Positions 20,297-29,247 of a DNA stretch of 64,000 bases are shown here, piece after piece. This stretch comes from Candidatus Kuenenbacteria bacterium. Its GTDB lineage: Bacteria; Patescibacteriota; Patescibacteriia; UBA2196; GWA2-42-15. A program made the translations under genes and the position numbers. The stretch's first letter is position 1; each line of letters begins with the position of its first letter. The notes under the pieces are model-generated. The model made no database searches. It saw nothing but the letters and a program-made list of their open reading frames with translations, and had not been told where the DNA came from. Location: assembly GCA_012797775.1 (NCBI GenBank), contig JAAZOM010000021.1, forward strand, positions 6,147 through 70,146. The letters are read 5' to 3'.

Positions 20297-21654
20297 AAGC
20301 TAAATTCCTCTGTGTGAATGTGGTGTTTCTCCACATTCAGATTAATTAATTGTTTTTTGAGCGAGCGCATCATAGCCGGTGGACCACAGATAAAAATTTC
20401 CTTGCCCTCCAGCTCCTGACTTTTGTCTTTTATAATCTCGGCTGTCAGGCGGCCATCGATGGTGGAATTGTGAGGGAAAAACCTCAAATTTTTATTGACT
20501 AAAAAAATATTTTCAATTTCCTCTCTCCACAAGATGTCCTTTTCGCTAACGACCGACCAATAGAAATCAATTTTTGCATAAGCAGGAAGATTTCTCATCA
20601 GGCTGATAAAGGGTGTAACACCAATGCCACCAGCGAGCCAGATCTGTTTTTCCGCGGGGATAAAAAACCGCCCAAAGGGGCCTTCAATTTTTACGCTGGT
20701 GCCAACTTTTAATTTTTCGCCCAAAACAGCCGTAAAATCGCCAAGGGATTTGATGGCTATTTTTAATGTTTCATCGCCAGAGACGGAAGTAAAAGAAAAA
20801 GGGTGGGGCTGGCGGTCAAATCCTGTGATATCAAAACCAAAAAAAGCAAACTGGCCAGGCTTAAAAGAAATTTTCTCTCCTGAAGAACGCATGGCAACCT
20901 CAATAATATCATAACTCAATTTATTGACAGCACTGACGGTGTAATTATATTTTTTGACAAAAGCGCTAGGGAAGACTACTCGATAGATAATAGCAGCAAA
21001 GGCAATTAAACTAAGACCAATTAGATAAGCTCTAAGGCCGCTATGCCGAGAAACATCACTCGGGATAAAAAACATATGGGCAAAGCCAAAAATGTAAGCT
21101 AGGGCCAGAAACTTGTGGGAAATCTTCCAGAGGTGATATTTGAGCACCGAGTAGAAGGTAATAATCAGAAGGACAATCAGTAAACCAAGGGAGAGGCCGC
21201 CCAAAGTTTTGGCCAAATTATTAAAACTGGGGAGCAGGAAAAGAGCGGCACTGTGGCTCGAATAGGTGGCATATTTGGCCGCCAGCCAAAGCGGGTGAAA
21301 TAATAAAAGGACAAAAGCCAATCCGCCAAAAATATGGTGTTTAATATAAATCCTGTTTAGGCCATTAAAATATTGCTCTAAAAATTTTAATCTGGCAGAT
21401 AAGATAATAGCGGTGGCAAAAAGTGAAAATCCCAGAAGGGCAAATATTTGACCAAAACTAGTGAGAGTGGAGTTGAGATTAAGAAAACGAAAAGATATTG
21501 GCTCAACAAAAAACCAAAAGATGACGGGGATAATATTTATGATAATAAGCACGGTCCAGCCGAGAATAATTTTTGTTTTATTAGACATGAGGATTTTTGT
21601 ACCTTGAATTAAGGGTAATTTAATTATATTATCATCTCTTATTTTTGACAACAA
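20293..21654 (-). CDS. Ferric-reductase-like transmembrane domain + FAD-binding + NAD(P)-binding oxidoreductase (NOX/FRE-like)
   Basis: A bis-heme His pair spaced 13 residues apart lies in a TM helix (HHIF...LLFH). The FAD-binding motif is HPFSFTS. The NAD-binding motifs are GGIGVTPF and CGPPAMM. Confidence 0.8.
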   Translation of the reverse strand: MLSKIRDDNIIKLPLIQGTKILMSNKTKIILGWTVLIIINIIPVIFWFFVEPISFRFLNLNSTLTSFGQIFALLGFSLFATAIILSARLKFLEQYFNGLNRIYIKHHIFGGLAFVLLLFHPLWLAAKYATYSSHSAALFLLPSFNNLAKTLGGLSLGLLIVLLIITFYSVLKYHLWKISHKFLALAYIFGFAHMFFIPSDVSRHSGLRAYLIGLSLIAFAAIIYRVVFPSAFVKKYNYTVSAVNKLSYDIIEVAMRSSGEKISFKPGQFAFFGFDITGFDRQPHPFSFTSVSGDETLKIAIKSLGDFTAVLGEKLKVGTSVKIEGPFGRFFIPAEKQIWLAGGIGVTPFISLMRNLPAYAKIDFYWSVVSEKDILWREEIENIFLVNKNLRFFPHNSTIDGRLTAEIIKDKSQELEGKEIFICGPPAMMRSLKKQLINLNVEKHHIHTEEFSL

Positions 21655-21678
21655 AAACCACCAGGGGTGGTTATTTTG
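21652..21678 (-). terminator. Rho-independent terminator after the thioredoxin-CcdA gene
   Basis: ACCACC-AGGG-GTGGT hairpin between A/T runs. Confidence 0.5.
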
Positions 21679-21806
21679 TAGACTAATTATACCAAAAACA
21701 AAAAACTAACTAGAATAAGTAAGCGTATGGATGGGGTTATCTTTTGGAGATTAAATCATGTGGCTGTGGCAACAAACCCTACCAAAATAGGACCAGAGAC
21801 TGGCCC

Positions 21807-23030
21807 CTACCCAAACATCAACCATTGTGGCTTGAAAATTAAAAGCAGGCCAATCAAGAGCATGAGAAGCCCGCCGATTAGTTTTGAATATTTTGTATAT
21901 TTGGTGGTAATGCCGGTCATCTCCAAAGTAATCATGGCTACAAAGAAAATAAACAAATCATCCAGCATAAAGAAAAATATATAAAGCAAAATATAGAAAT
22001 AATACTGAGTTTTTGATAATTCTGTTAAAGCCAAGACTTGGGTGTAAACCGCAGGTAAGCCGGCAGAACAAACAAGCTCTGCTAAATTAACCAAAAGGGC
22101 TAGGGCGATAATGCCCCCGATGGCCAACCAAAGGCTATTTTGCCCAATAATGTTTTTAATTTTTTTAAATACTTTTTGGCGCTTTTCGTCGTCGGCCACC
22201 TTGCAACCACTGTCTTTATTTAATAAAAATTCTTTTAGGTTGTAAACGCCGCCGAAGAAGGCCAATGCTCCAATTATTACCCTCACCCAAGTGACAAAAC
22301 CTAAAAATAATATCAGATTCAGCCAAGCTGACATAAAAAGAAAATAAACTAGGGCGGAAGTAAAAATAAAAGCCACACCCAAAAGCCACATTCTTTTTCT
22401 ATTTTTCATGCCCAAAAGCAGACTAATCAAAAAAAGTAATGTCCACATAGCACAAGGATTGAATCCGTCCAGCGCACCCATGACAATGGTCAGCAGAGGT
22501 AAAGAGATATTTTCCAAGGCGACCTCGCCTAAAAGTGGTAATTTAATTTCTGCCGGGAGAATGGTCACCCCTCCTTTCTGCTGACATTCGCCTTCCTCCG
22601 GTTTGTCCAATAAAATATCTTCTTTGATCTCAATTTCTCTAACTATGTCCAGGCAAGGCAGGACGAGGGCCAAATCCACGGCTTGTTTAATAGACGCTCC
22701 GGTGGTGGATTCTTTATGCCAGCCGATAAAATACCTCTCTCCAATCAGAGTAAAGGGTACACCCTGAATATTAATATTCAATCTTCGCCCGATATCAGCT
22801 AAGAGTTCTATACTCTCATGGCTTGAGCCAATATCAAAAGAACGCAGCTCCAGTTGTGGGTTTTGTTTAACTAAATCTTCTAAAAATGGTTTTTCTGTAG
22901 CGCAATGCGGACAGCCTTGCTGCCAAAAGAAATAGATATTAACTTTTTTTCGTGTTTGAGCATTTACTTGCCCAAAAAGCAAAAAAATAAGAGCAAAAGA
23001 AATTAATATGAAAAACAATCTTTTTTTCAT
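21807..23030 (-). CDS. Thiol:disulfide interchange protein: thioredoxin-fold (CPHC) domain fused to a CcdA/DsbD-like membrane domain
   Basis: WQQGCPHCATEKPFL thioredoxin motif, a GFNPCAMW CcdA/DsbD motif, and multiple TM helices. Confidence 0.7.
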   Translation of the reverse strand: MKKRLFFILISFALIFLLFGQVNAQTRKKVNIYFFWQQGCPHCATEKPFLEDLVKQNPQLELRSFDIGSSHESIELLADIGRRLNINIQGVPFTLIGERYFIGWHKESTTGASIKQAVDLALVLPCLDIVREIEIKEDILLDKPEEGECQQKGGVTILPAEIKLPLLGEVALENISLPLLTIVMGALDGFNPCAMWTLLFLISLLLGMKNRKRMWLLGVAFIFTSALVYFLFMSAWLNLILFLGFVTWVRVIIGALAFFGGVYNLKEFLLNKDSGCKVADDEKRQKVFKKIKNIIGQNSLWLAIGGIIALALLVNLAELVCSAGLPAVYTQVLALTELSKTQYYFYILLYIFFFMLDDLFIFFVAMITLEMTGITTKYTKYSKLIGGLLMLLIGLLLIFKPQWLMFG

Positions 23031-23032
23031 AC

Positions 23033-23311
23033 TTATTTATTGCGATTTTGGTTGATAATTTCTAATAATTTTTCTTTTTTTACCTCACCGTTTAGGCGTA
23101 AAAATTCATCGCCATTATCATCCAAAAAAATAAAAGCGGGTAAAGTTTTATCAATATTATATTTTTCCACCATGTCCTTGTCCGCATCAAAATCATAATA
23201 CTCTGTTTTAAGCCAGGTATTTTCCGTTTCAATTTCCTTCCAGCGGGGTTTCATAACCAGACAACCGGCGCACCAAACAGCGCCAAATTTTAGAACTTTC
23301 ATATTGATCAA
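23033..23311 (-). CDS. Thioredoxin-family small protein (WCAGC active site)
   Basis: 92 aa with GAVWCAGCLVMKP. There is a 2-nt gap to the upstream gene. Confidence 0.7.
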   Translation of the reverse strand: MINMKVLKFGAVWCAGCLVMKPRWKEIETENTWLKTEYYDFDADKDMVEKYNIDKTLPAFIFLDDNGDEFLRLNGEVKKEKLLEIINQNRNK

Positions 23312-23313
23312 AA

Positions 23314-24429
23314 TTAATTATTAATTTTTTTATTTTTAATAAACTGGGCAGCCAACAATGTCGCTAAAGGCACGGCCAGAACTAAACCGATACTGCCGGT
23401 GATGGTTCTGACGATTTCCGTGGCGATCATCTCATTGTCCAACACCTGATTAAAGGTCAAAAAAGGCGGTTGTTTGACACTGAATAAAATAAGCAGGGGT
23501 AAGGAAGCGCCGGCATAAGCTAGAAATAAGGTATTGACCATGGAGCTCAAATGCGAAATGCCTACCCGCATAGCCTGTCTGTAAACTTGACTATTCGTTA
23601 ATTGGGGATTGGATGTTTTTAGTTCTTTGACTAACATTACTTGGGAAATAATCACGTCATCCAAAACACCCAAAGCGCCGATAATAATACCGGCCAAGAG
23701 CAGGCCTTTGATATTAATATTGCCTCCGGCGAGATCCATCAAAAAGACCGCTTCTTCACTGGCAAAGCCGGTCAGTTTGGCAATGGCCGAAAACCAAAAG
23801 GATAATAAGCCGGTAATAACTAGGGAAATTAGAATAGCAAAAATGGCAATGGTTGATGTTTTTTTAACGCCCTCGGTAATATAAACAGCGAGGATTAAAA
23901 TAAAAAATGAGCCGGCGATGCTGATCAAGAGCGGATCACTGCCGGCCAAAATTTTGGGAATAATGAATTTAAGAATAATCAAAAACGTCAGGCACAAAAC
24001 AACTAAAGCCCTTAGGCCCTTTAGCCTGCCGACAATTATCACTATTAAAGCGAATAAAAGCGCCAGCCAATAAATAGAGCTAGTCCGCGAATACCCAATC
24101 ACATAAAAAGTCTCCTCCCCAACCGGACCCAAACTGCGATTGACCAAAACCCGATCGCCAACTTGATATTCGCTGGCAGAAAGCATATCAAGTTCTGTAC
24201 CGTCAAAAATCAGGTCTTTATTTTCCCAAATTCCCTCAAGTCCTTGGAGCTTTAGTTTCTGTTGAATGGAGTTTGAGCCGTCTTCACGTGTGGAGGTTTT
24301 TTGTTCCAGAACCTCAACGACTCTAGCCTTAAACATTTGTTCGTTGGCAACATCAAAATCTTGGCCGAATGAGGACATCGGTAATAAAAACAAAACCAAA
24401 GAAATAAATGTTAAAAACTTTATTTTCAT
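23314..24429 (-). CDS. YibE/F family membrane protein
   Basis: An N-terminal extracytoplasmic domain is followed by a polytopic region with LAGGNINIKGLLLAGIIIGALGVLDDV, typical of YibE/F. Confidence 0.65.
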   Translation of the reverse strand: MKIKFLTFISLVLFLLPMSSFGQDFDVANEQMFKARVVEVLEQKTSTREDGSNSIQQKLKLQGLEGIWENKDLIFDGTELDMLSASEYQVGDRVLVNRSLGPVGEETFYVIGYSRTSSIYWLALLFALIVIIVGRLKGLRALVVLCLTFLIILKFIIPKILAGSDPLLISIAGSFFILILAVYITEGVKKTSTIAIFAILISLVITGLLSFWFSAIAKLTGFASEEAVFLMDLAGGNINIKGLLLAGIIIGALGVLDDVIISQVMLVKELKTSNPQLTNSQVYRQAMRVGISHLSSMVNTLFLAYAGASLPLLILFSVKQPPFLTFNQVLDNEMIATEIVRTITGSIGLVLAVPLATLLAAQFIKNKKINN

Positions 24430-24432
24430 TTT

Positions 24433-24711
24433 TTACTTTTTAATAATACTGATTGCTTTGCCGTTGATCAGGGCATCAGCAATTTTTTTATAAGCGGAAT
24501 ACAAAATCCTTTGGTAGGTGCTTTGGGAGGTATTCATTTTTTCTGCCGCTTCTTTTTGCTCCAAATCATTAATATGCCGCAGACGGTAAGCCTCCAGCTC
24601 TTCGGCTGATAATTCCACTAATTCTAATTGGCTTAGGGGCACGCCCTGGGGTTTGAAATAATTTATCCGGGGACTAAATCTTATTCTCCGGCACAGTCTG
24701 GGTCTTGGCAT
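24433..24711 (-). CDS. DUF134 (UPF0251) putative DNA-binding protein
   Basis: RFSPRINYFKPQGVPLS...LELSAEELEAYRLRHINDLEQKEAAEKMNTSQSTYQRIL matches the UPF0251 pattern (sigma-70 region-4-like HTH). Confidence 0.65.
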   Translation of the reverse strand: MPRPRLCRRIRFSPRINYFKPQGVPLSQLELVELSAEELEAYRLRHINDLEQKEAAEKMNTSQSTYQRILYSAYKKIADALINGKAISIIKK

Positions 24712-24808
24712 AAAGATTGATATTTTCTAATTTATATGATAAATTAATTCTGAAAGAAGGTCGTTCGGCCCCCTACCCTAGGCAGAGGGCCGGTTCTCAC
24801 GCCTTCTT

Positions 24809-25048
24809 TTATTTTTTTTGGCCCTTTAAAACAGTTATCTCTTCCTGAACAGCGGCTAATTCTTCCTCTAACAAGTTTTTCTCATCTTCTAAAGCGGCTA
24901 GTTCGTTTTTGGGTGAAATAAATCTACGACCATAACCATAGCCACCCCCAAAACCCCAGCCACGTCCCATCCCTCCGCCGCAAAGACCCATTCCCCGGCC
25001 GGTCAGAGGACCTTGACCCATCGGACCTGTTTTATTTAATCTAGGCAT
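24809..25048 (-). CDS. DUF5320-like small Gly-rich protein
   Basis: MPRLNKTGPMGQGPLTGRGMGLCGGG...GYGYGRR plus a C-terminal coiled coil. This family is often adjacent to DUF134. Confidence 0.55.
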   Translation of the reverse strand: MPRLNKTGPMGQGPLTGRGMGLCGGGMGRGWGFGGGYGYGRRFISPKNELAALEDEKNLLEEELAAVQEEITVLKGQKK

Positions 25049-25203
25049 ATATTTATAGTTTACTGATTAATTTTAGCAGATAGTCCGACCTTTATCCACT
25101 ATCCCTATTATGAATATACACCCATAACTATTTTGTGTCAAATAAAAACTAAAAAACACCTCATTGTGGAAATGTTTTTTAAACCAACTTCTATAAGCAC
25201 TTC

Positions 25204-25746
25204 TTAGGAAATTTCTAGTATAAACTGATCTTTAAAAACGCGCGTTGGATTGGCTCGCGTTTTTGACCCAGCTTCATTTTTAATCATCGTAGCTCCGCAC
25301 CGGCCGTCATATCTTTTATATATTTTTTTCATCATACCCTTTCTGGCAAAAACATCGTTGATACCCAAAAAATTAACCAATAAACCAGCGATCAGAAGTG
25401 AGACTAAGAGGCTGAGCACGATTGTTGAAAAATTTTTTTTGTAGGAAAAATCATATTTCTTGAGTAGGACTACGCCTAAGAGTACTCCAAAAACAGCCAA
25501 GACAAGCGCCCACCAAGGGAAACTAGCTATAATTTGATCATACTTATAGCCGCGCATATAGCCATTGGTCCTCAAAGAAAAAATAGCAAAGTTGACTAAA
25601 AAAATAGTTACTACCAAAATACTAACCAAACCAGCGGCTGAGGCCAGCGAGCCAAAAACAAAATACCACCTTGGCTTCATTTTTATTTCTCCGGATTTAA
25701 TCCTCTCCATTATTTTTTCTTTTAAATCTATTTCTTTGTTTGACAT
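25204..25746 (-). CDS. Membrane protein, putative anti-sigma factor partner of the ECF sigma factor
   Basis: Its start overlaps the sigma gene's end by 19 nt. It has two TM segments. There is no sequence-level family match, so the call rests on position only. Confidence 0.4.
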   Translation of the reverse strand: MSNKEIDLKEKIMERIKSGEIKMKPRWYFVFGSLASAAGLVSILVVTIFLVNFAIFSLRTNGYMRGYKYDQIIASFPWWALVLAVFGVLLGVVLLKKYDFSYKKNFSTIVLSLLVSLLIAGLLVNFLGINDVFARKGMMKKIYKRYDGRCGATMIKNEAGSKTRANPTRVFKDQFILEIS

Positions 25747-26273
25747 ATTTTTTTCATAAAAATTTTAGCTCGATTGATCCTGGTCCCAACTGTTCCCAAG
25801 GGGAGCCTCAAAATATCGGCTATTTCATTGTAGGATTTTTCCTCAAAGAAATATAAGGATAATGGTTCACTATATAAAATAGGTATTTCTTCTAGACAAC
25901 TTCTCACCTTTTTAATCATCTCCTGCCGATCAAAATCAAATTCCATATCATCTTCGCTCCCAATATCAAAGCCCTCCGGCATTTCAATCTGTTGCTTATT
26001 TTTTTTAATCTCATTGATCGCCTCATTGTGTATAATTCTATAAATCCAGGTCGAAAACTTCATCTCTGTTTTAAAACTCTTCAGGTTTATAAAAGCTTTA
26101 ATGAAAGAATTCTGGACAATATCAGCGGCCTTGTCACGGTCTTTGGATAAAGAATTGGCATATCGAAACAATTTTTCCTGATATCTCAAAACTATTTCGG
26201 AAAATAATTCCTGATTTTCTTTGATAATATATTCAACCAATTGTTCATCTGATAACTGCGCAAGGTTGTGCAT
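25728..26273 (-). CDS. ECF-type RNA polymerase sigma-70 family factor
   Basis: Region 2 is WIYRIIHNEAIN. Region 4 HTH is SYNEIADILRLPLGTVGTRINRA. Confidence 0.85.
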   Translation of the reverse strand: MHNLAQLSDEQLVEYIIKENQELFSEIVLRYQEKLFRYANSLSKDRDKAADIVQNSFIKAFINLKSFKTEMKFSTWIYRIIHNEAINEIKKNKQQIEMPEGFDIGSEDDMEFDFDRQEMIKKVRSCLEEIPILYSEPLSLYFFEEKSYNEIADILRLPLGTVGTRINRAKIFMKKICQTKK

Positions 26274-26353
26274 ATATAAATATTATCCTCTCCAAAAATA
26301 AAAAGCAACAAACGCCGGCTTGAGATTCCAAGCCGGGTTTGTTTTATTAATAA

Positions 26354-26752
26354 TTATCTTGAATAGCGCCCAGAACCCTGACCCTTGCCTTGGCCATAGC
26401 CAGACCCAGCTTTTTGTCCACCAGCCCTTAAGCCCAATTCTTGTCTTATTTTGTTGGCCTCCTCACGTTTTCCCTGCATAGCCAAATCGTGGGCTTCAGT
26501 AAATTTGGCAAAGTTTTCTTGGTTGACAACCTGGTTTACTCGCCCACCCTTGCCGGCCATCAATTCTTTCCAGGCGGAATAATCTCTGTTTTGAAAGGCA
26601 CTGGTCATCAAGACGTGTCTTTCTTCTGAATAATTTGGCCCTTTTTGAGTATAATCTCCCTGATAGGCCAAAACCTGACTCGCGCCCAGAGCCCCGAACA
26701 AGACCGCGAATCCGAGGAACGAAGGCATTAATATTTTTTTATTAATTTTCAT
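26354..26752 (-). CDS. Secreted hypothetical protein with Gly-rich C-terminus
   Basis: Signal peptide. Charged helical middle. C-terminal GSGYGQGKGQGSG. Confidence 0.5.
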   Translation of the reverse strand: MKINKKILMPSFLGFAVLFGALGASQVLAYQGDYTQKGPNYSEERHVLMTSAFQNRDYSAWKELMAGKGGRVNQVVNQENFAKFTEAHDLAMQGKREEANKIRQELGLRAGGQKAGSGYGQGKGQGSGRYSR

Positions 26753-26854
26753 ATATTTATATTATTTAGCTAATATATATTCTAATAATTAACGACCTTT
26801 CACTATTAATACAACTCAAAGGCGTCTTTTCTTTCATTTTTATATTTTATTCAT

Positions 26855-26900
26855 AAATTAAAAATCCACCAGCATAAAGTTGATGAGTTTTTTAATTCTC
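26855..26900. repeat. Direct repeat copy 1 (46 bp): AAATTAAAAATCCACCAGCATAAAGTTGATGAGTTTTTTAATTCTC
   Basis: Near-identical to 33876..33922; the only difference is one extra A in the A-run. Confidence 0.85.
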
Positions 26901-27077
26901 CCAACCTCGGTCTAGTACTACCAGATTGGGGTCTTTTGGGGGTTCTTTGGGCGACTTGTACTGTGGTAAACAACGGGAACGGGTCGAGGTCTTTATATTA
27001 AAATTTTAACACAAATGGGACAAATGGGACAGTATAAAAAAGAGTGTCTAATTTAATATAATTCAAACAATAAAAAA

Positions 27078-27658
27078 TCACTTCTTCTCGCTGGCTTTTA
27101 AAAACAGCGAGGCCGATATTATAAACAATGTGGCGAAAAATCCGCTAAGGACAAATACTCCGGGAACGCTGGGCGACCATGAGATAACGCTGGGGGGCCA
27201 AATAAAAAACGCAATCACAGGAACCAACATTTGAGCGAACGCTGTTATATACAACGCAATCGCCATTCCTTTCGGATTTAAGCGAGCGATAGAAACGCCG
27301 CTAACGCCAATTAACAAGACTCCGCCATACAACAGATTAGCTGGGTTGTCTTCATTTCCGATAATACCAACAGCCCCGTTTATCCAAATAAGAAGCAAAG
27401 CTGTCGCTATTGCCACGCCCACGCCTGCTTTATAGGAAATATATCGCTGGATCTTCTTGAAATCAATTCGTAAGCAATGCCCGAGCCAAATAAGAAAACA
27501 CCGACCATAATAAAATCGCCTAAGCTCCAATCCCAGCCACCGCCTTGACCTCCGTTAATAGTCGCGTTTGGGTTTATCAAAGTTAATACCAAAGGTATCA
27601 AAAGTATAAGTCCCGTTCCGATCGCAAAATAAATTATTCTTTTGTTTTTCTTCTCCAT
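27078..27658 (-). pseudogene. Membrane protein gene split by a frameshift (ORFs 27407..27658 and 27078..27530 overlap by 124 nt in different frames)
   Basis: The upstream 83-aa ORF and the downstream 150-aa ORF are both TM-helix rich. The first ~35 codons of the downstream ORF (MELRRFYYGRCFLIW...) look non-native, so one gene is probably disrupted near 27430-27470. Confidence 0.4.
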
Positions 27659-27858
27659 ATCTTTTTTCTAATTATCAATTTCCAAAAGCCGATTAAAGTT
27701 ATTAAAAGTCCGATCCCTTGAGCGCCGGGGCTGTCGTCATATCCGCCGAATATGATTATAGAAACGCCTAATATTAACACGGGCAAAAATAAAAGCATTC
27801 TTCGCCATTTATGATCTTTTTCCTCTTGGTCTGATTGTATTTTTATTTCGTTCTTCAT
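27634..27858 (-). CDS. Small membrane protein (74 aa)
   Basis: A single TM hairpin. It is tightly packed between neighbouring genes. Confidence 0.4.
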   Translation of the reverse strand: MKNEIKIQSDQEEKDHKWRRMLLFLPVLILGVSIIIFGGYDDSPGAQGIGLLITLIGFWKLIIRKKIWRRKTKE

Positions 27859-27862
27859 AAAT

Positions 27863-29224
27863 TTATTCAGTAGTCATTCTAATCTCACCACATTTATCTT
27901 TATACTCGTTTATAATATCAAAAATATCATCTATTACAGGTTCTTGGGCTGTTATTTCTCTACCATCTTTAAAAACAGCTGTTACTTCTAAAGCATGGGT
28001 TTGCATAATAGATGCTATTTCACAATTTGCAATAGCCTGTTTTATCAAATTCCAATTAGAAATATTAGTAAAAGCGTATTCTTCGGCTTTTGCAATTAAA
28101 TCTTCTACATCATGTTCTAATATTTTTTGCTGAACATCATCTGGAAATATTCTTTTAATATCTTTTGAATAATTAGACCCATCCCCTGGAGCTTCGTAAG
28201 AAAATTTATTCAAATCATAATATGATAATTCATTTGGATAATCTATTTTAGCCGGGCCAGACGAACCGCTTACTGTTTTTAATTCATTGTCTTCAATCAC
28301 ATATTCCCCACAATAAGCCCAAATGTATAATGGAAATAATTCTTGATCAGGTTTTAGGTTTTTAATCGTACAAAAACTATGACTGTCCTCCCTGTTTTTC
28401 CAGCTGAAATGTTTTTCAGTCAAAAGATAATTAGATATCGCTTTTTCAATTTTGTCATTGCTAAAATTATTTTCTATTAAATTTTTATCAATCTCATATC
28501 CGTAAGTCAGCCAAACTCTATCCTCTTCACCACCCAAACAACTTAAATGGATATCAGCTTGATGTTTGTCATTTTCCAGCCTAACTATAGTATTGCCCAT
28601 CGCCCCTCCCTGTATATCAGACGCAAACTCCAAAGTTAGTTCATTATTCTCGCCGTCTAATGACCGCAAAATTCCATACTTAAGATCATACTCAACTACC
28701 TTGAGCGGATCATGTCGCCAAGTCACCAAGCCTTCTTGATAAAGTGAGTGATAAACATTTAACAATTCACGACGTTCAGCCGGAGTTGATATTTTTTTTA
28801 CCAAATTATAGCTAGCCAGCTCTTCTATTTTAATTTGTGATATCTTATCGCCGAAATTATCAACCCTAATCGGAAAATAAATTAACAAAAATACTACAAG
28901 TATGGACAATATTACATTTTTAAATCCGATTCCCCCGGTTTTTTTATCATGCCGGTAATAGACCCATAAAAAAATTGATATTACCAAAAAGAAAAGCGTA
29001 AAATACAAAAGTGGGAAAAAGAAAAACCACGAATAATTATTTTCAAAATTTTCTAGAAAAATACTGCCAAAATTATTGTGAAATATGTTGCCAGACCGAC
29101 CGCCACCCATCCACAAATCAGGGATGGAAATAAAAGTTGAAAATAAAAGCAACGTTCCCCCAACCAGCGCTACACTAAAAAATCGGGACAAATATTCACT
29201 GATAATTACTAAAACATTTTTCAT
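27863..29224 (-). CDS. Hypothetical membrane-anchored protein (453 aa)
   Basis: N-terminal TM helices and a large extracytoplasmic domain. Low-GC codon usage. Confidence 0.5.
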   Translation of the reverse strand: MKNVLVIISEYLSRFFSVALVGGTLLLFSTFISIPDLWMGGGRSGNIFHNNFGSIFLENFENNYSWFFFFPLLYFTLFFLVISIFLWVYYRHDKKTGGIGFKNVILSILVVFLLIYFPIRVDNFGDKISQIKIEELASYNLVKKISTPAERRELLNVYHSLYQEGLVTWRHDPLKVVEYDLKYGILRSLDGENNELTLEFASDIQGGAMGNTIVRLENDKHQADIHLSCLGGEEDRVWLTYGYEIDKNLIENNFSNDKIEKAISNYLLTEKHFSWKNREDSHSFCTIKNLKPDQELFPLYIWAYCGEYVIEDNELKTVSGSSGPAKIDYPNELSYYDLNKFSYEAPGDGSNYSKDIKRIFPDDVQQKILEHDVEDLIAKAEEYAFTNISNWNLIKQAIANCEIASIMQTHALEVTAVFKDGREITAQEPVIDDIFDIINEYKDKCGEIRMTTE

Positions 29225-29247
29225 AAATATATTTTTAAAATTTATAA

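Noticed and set aside
25241-25275. Hairpin AACGCG-loop-CGCGTT with a T-run that looks like a terminator
   Set aside because: It lies inside the last ~20 codons of the putative anti-sigma ORF (25204..25746). It may be an attenuator or a terminator overlapping the CDS end, but it cannot be distinguished from coding-sequence coincidence.
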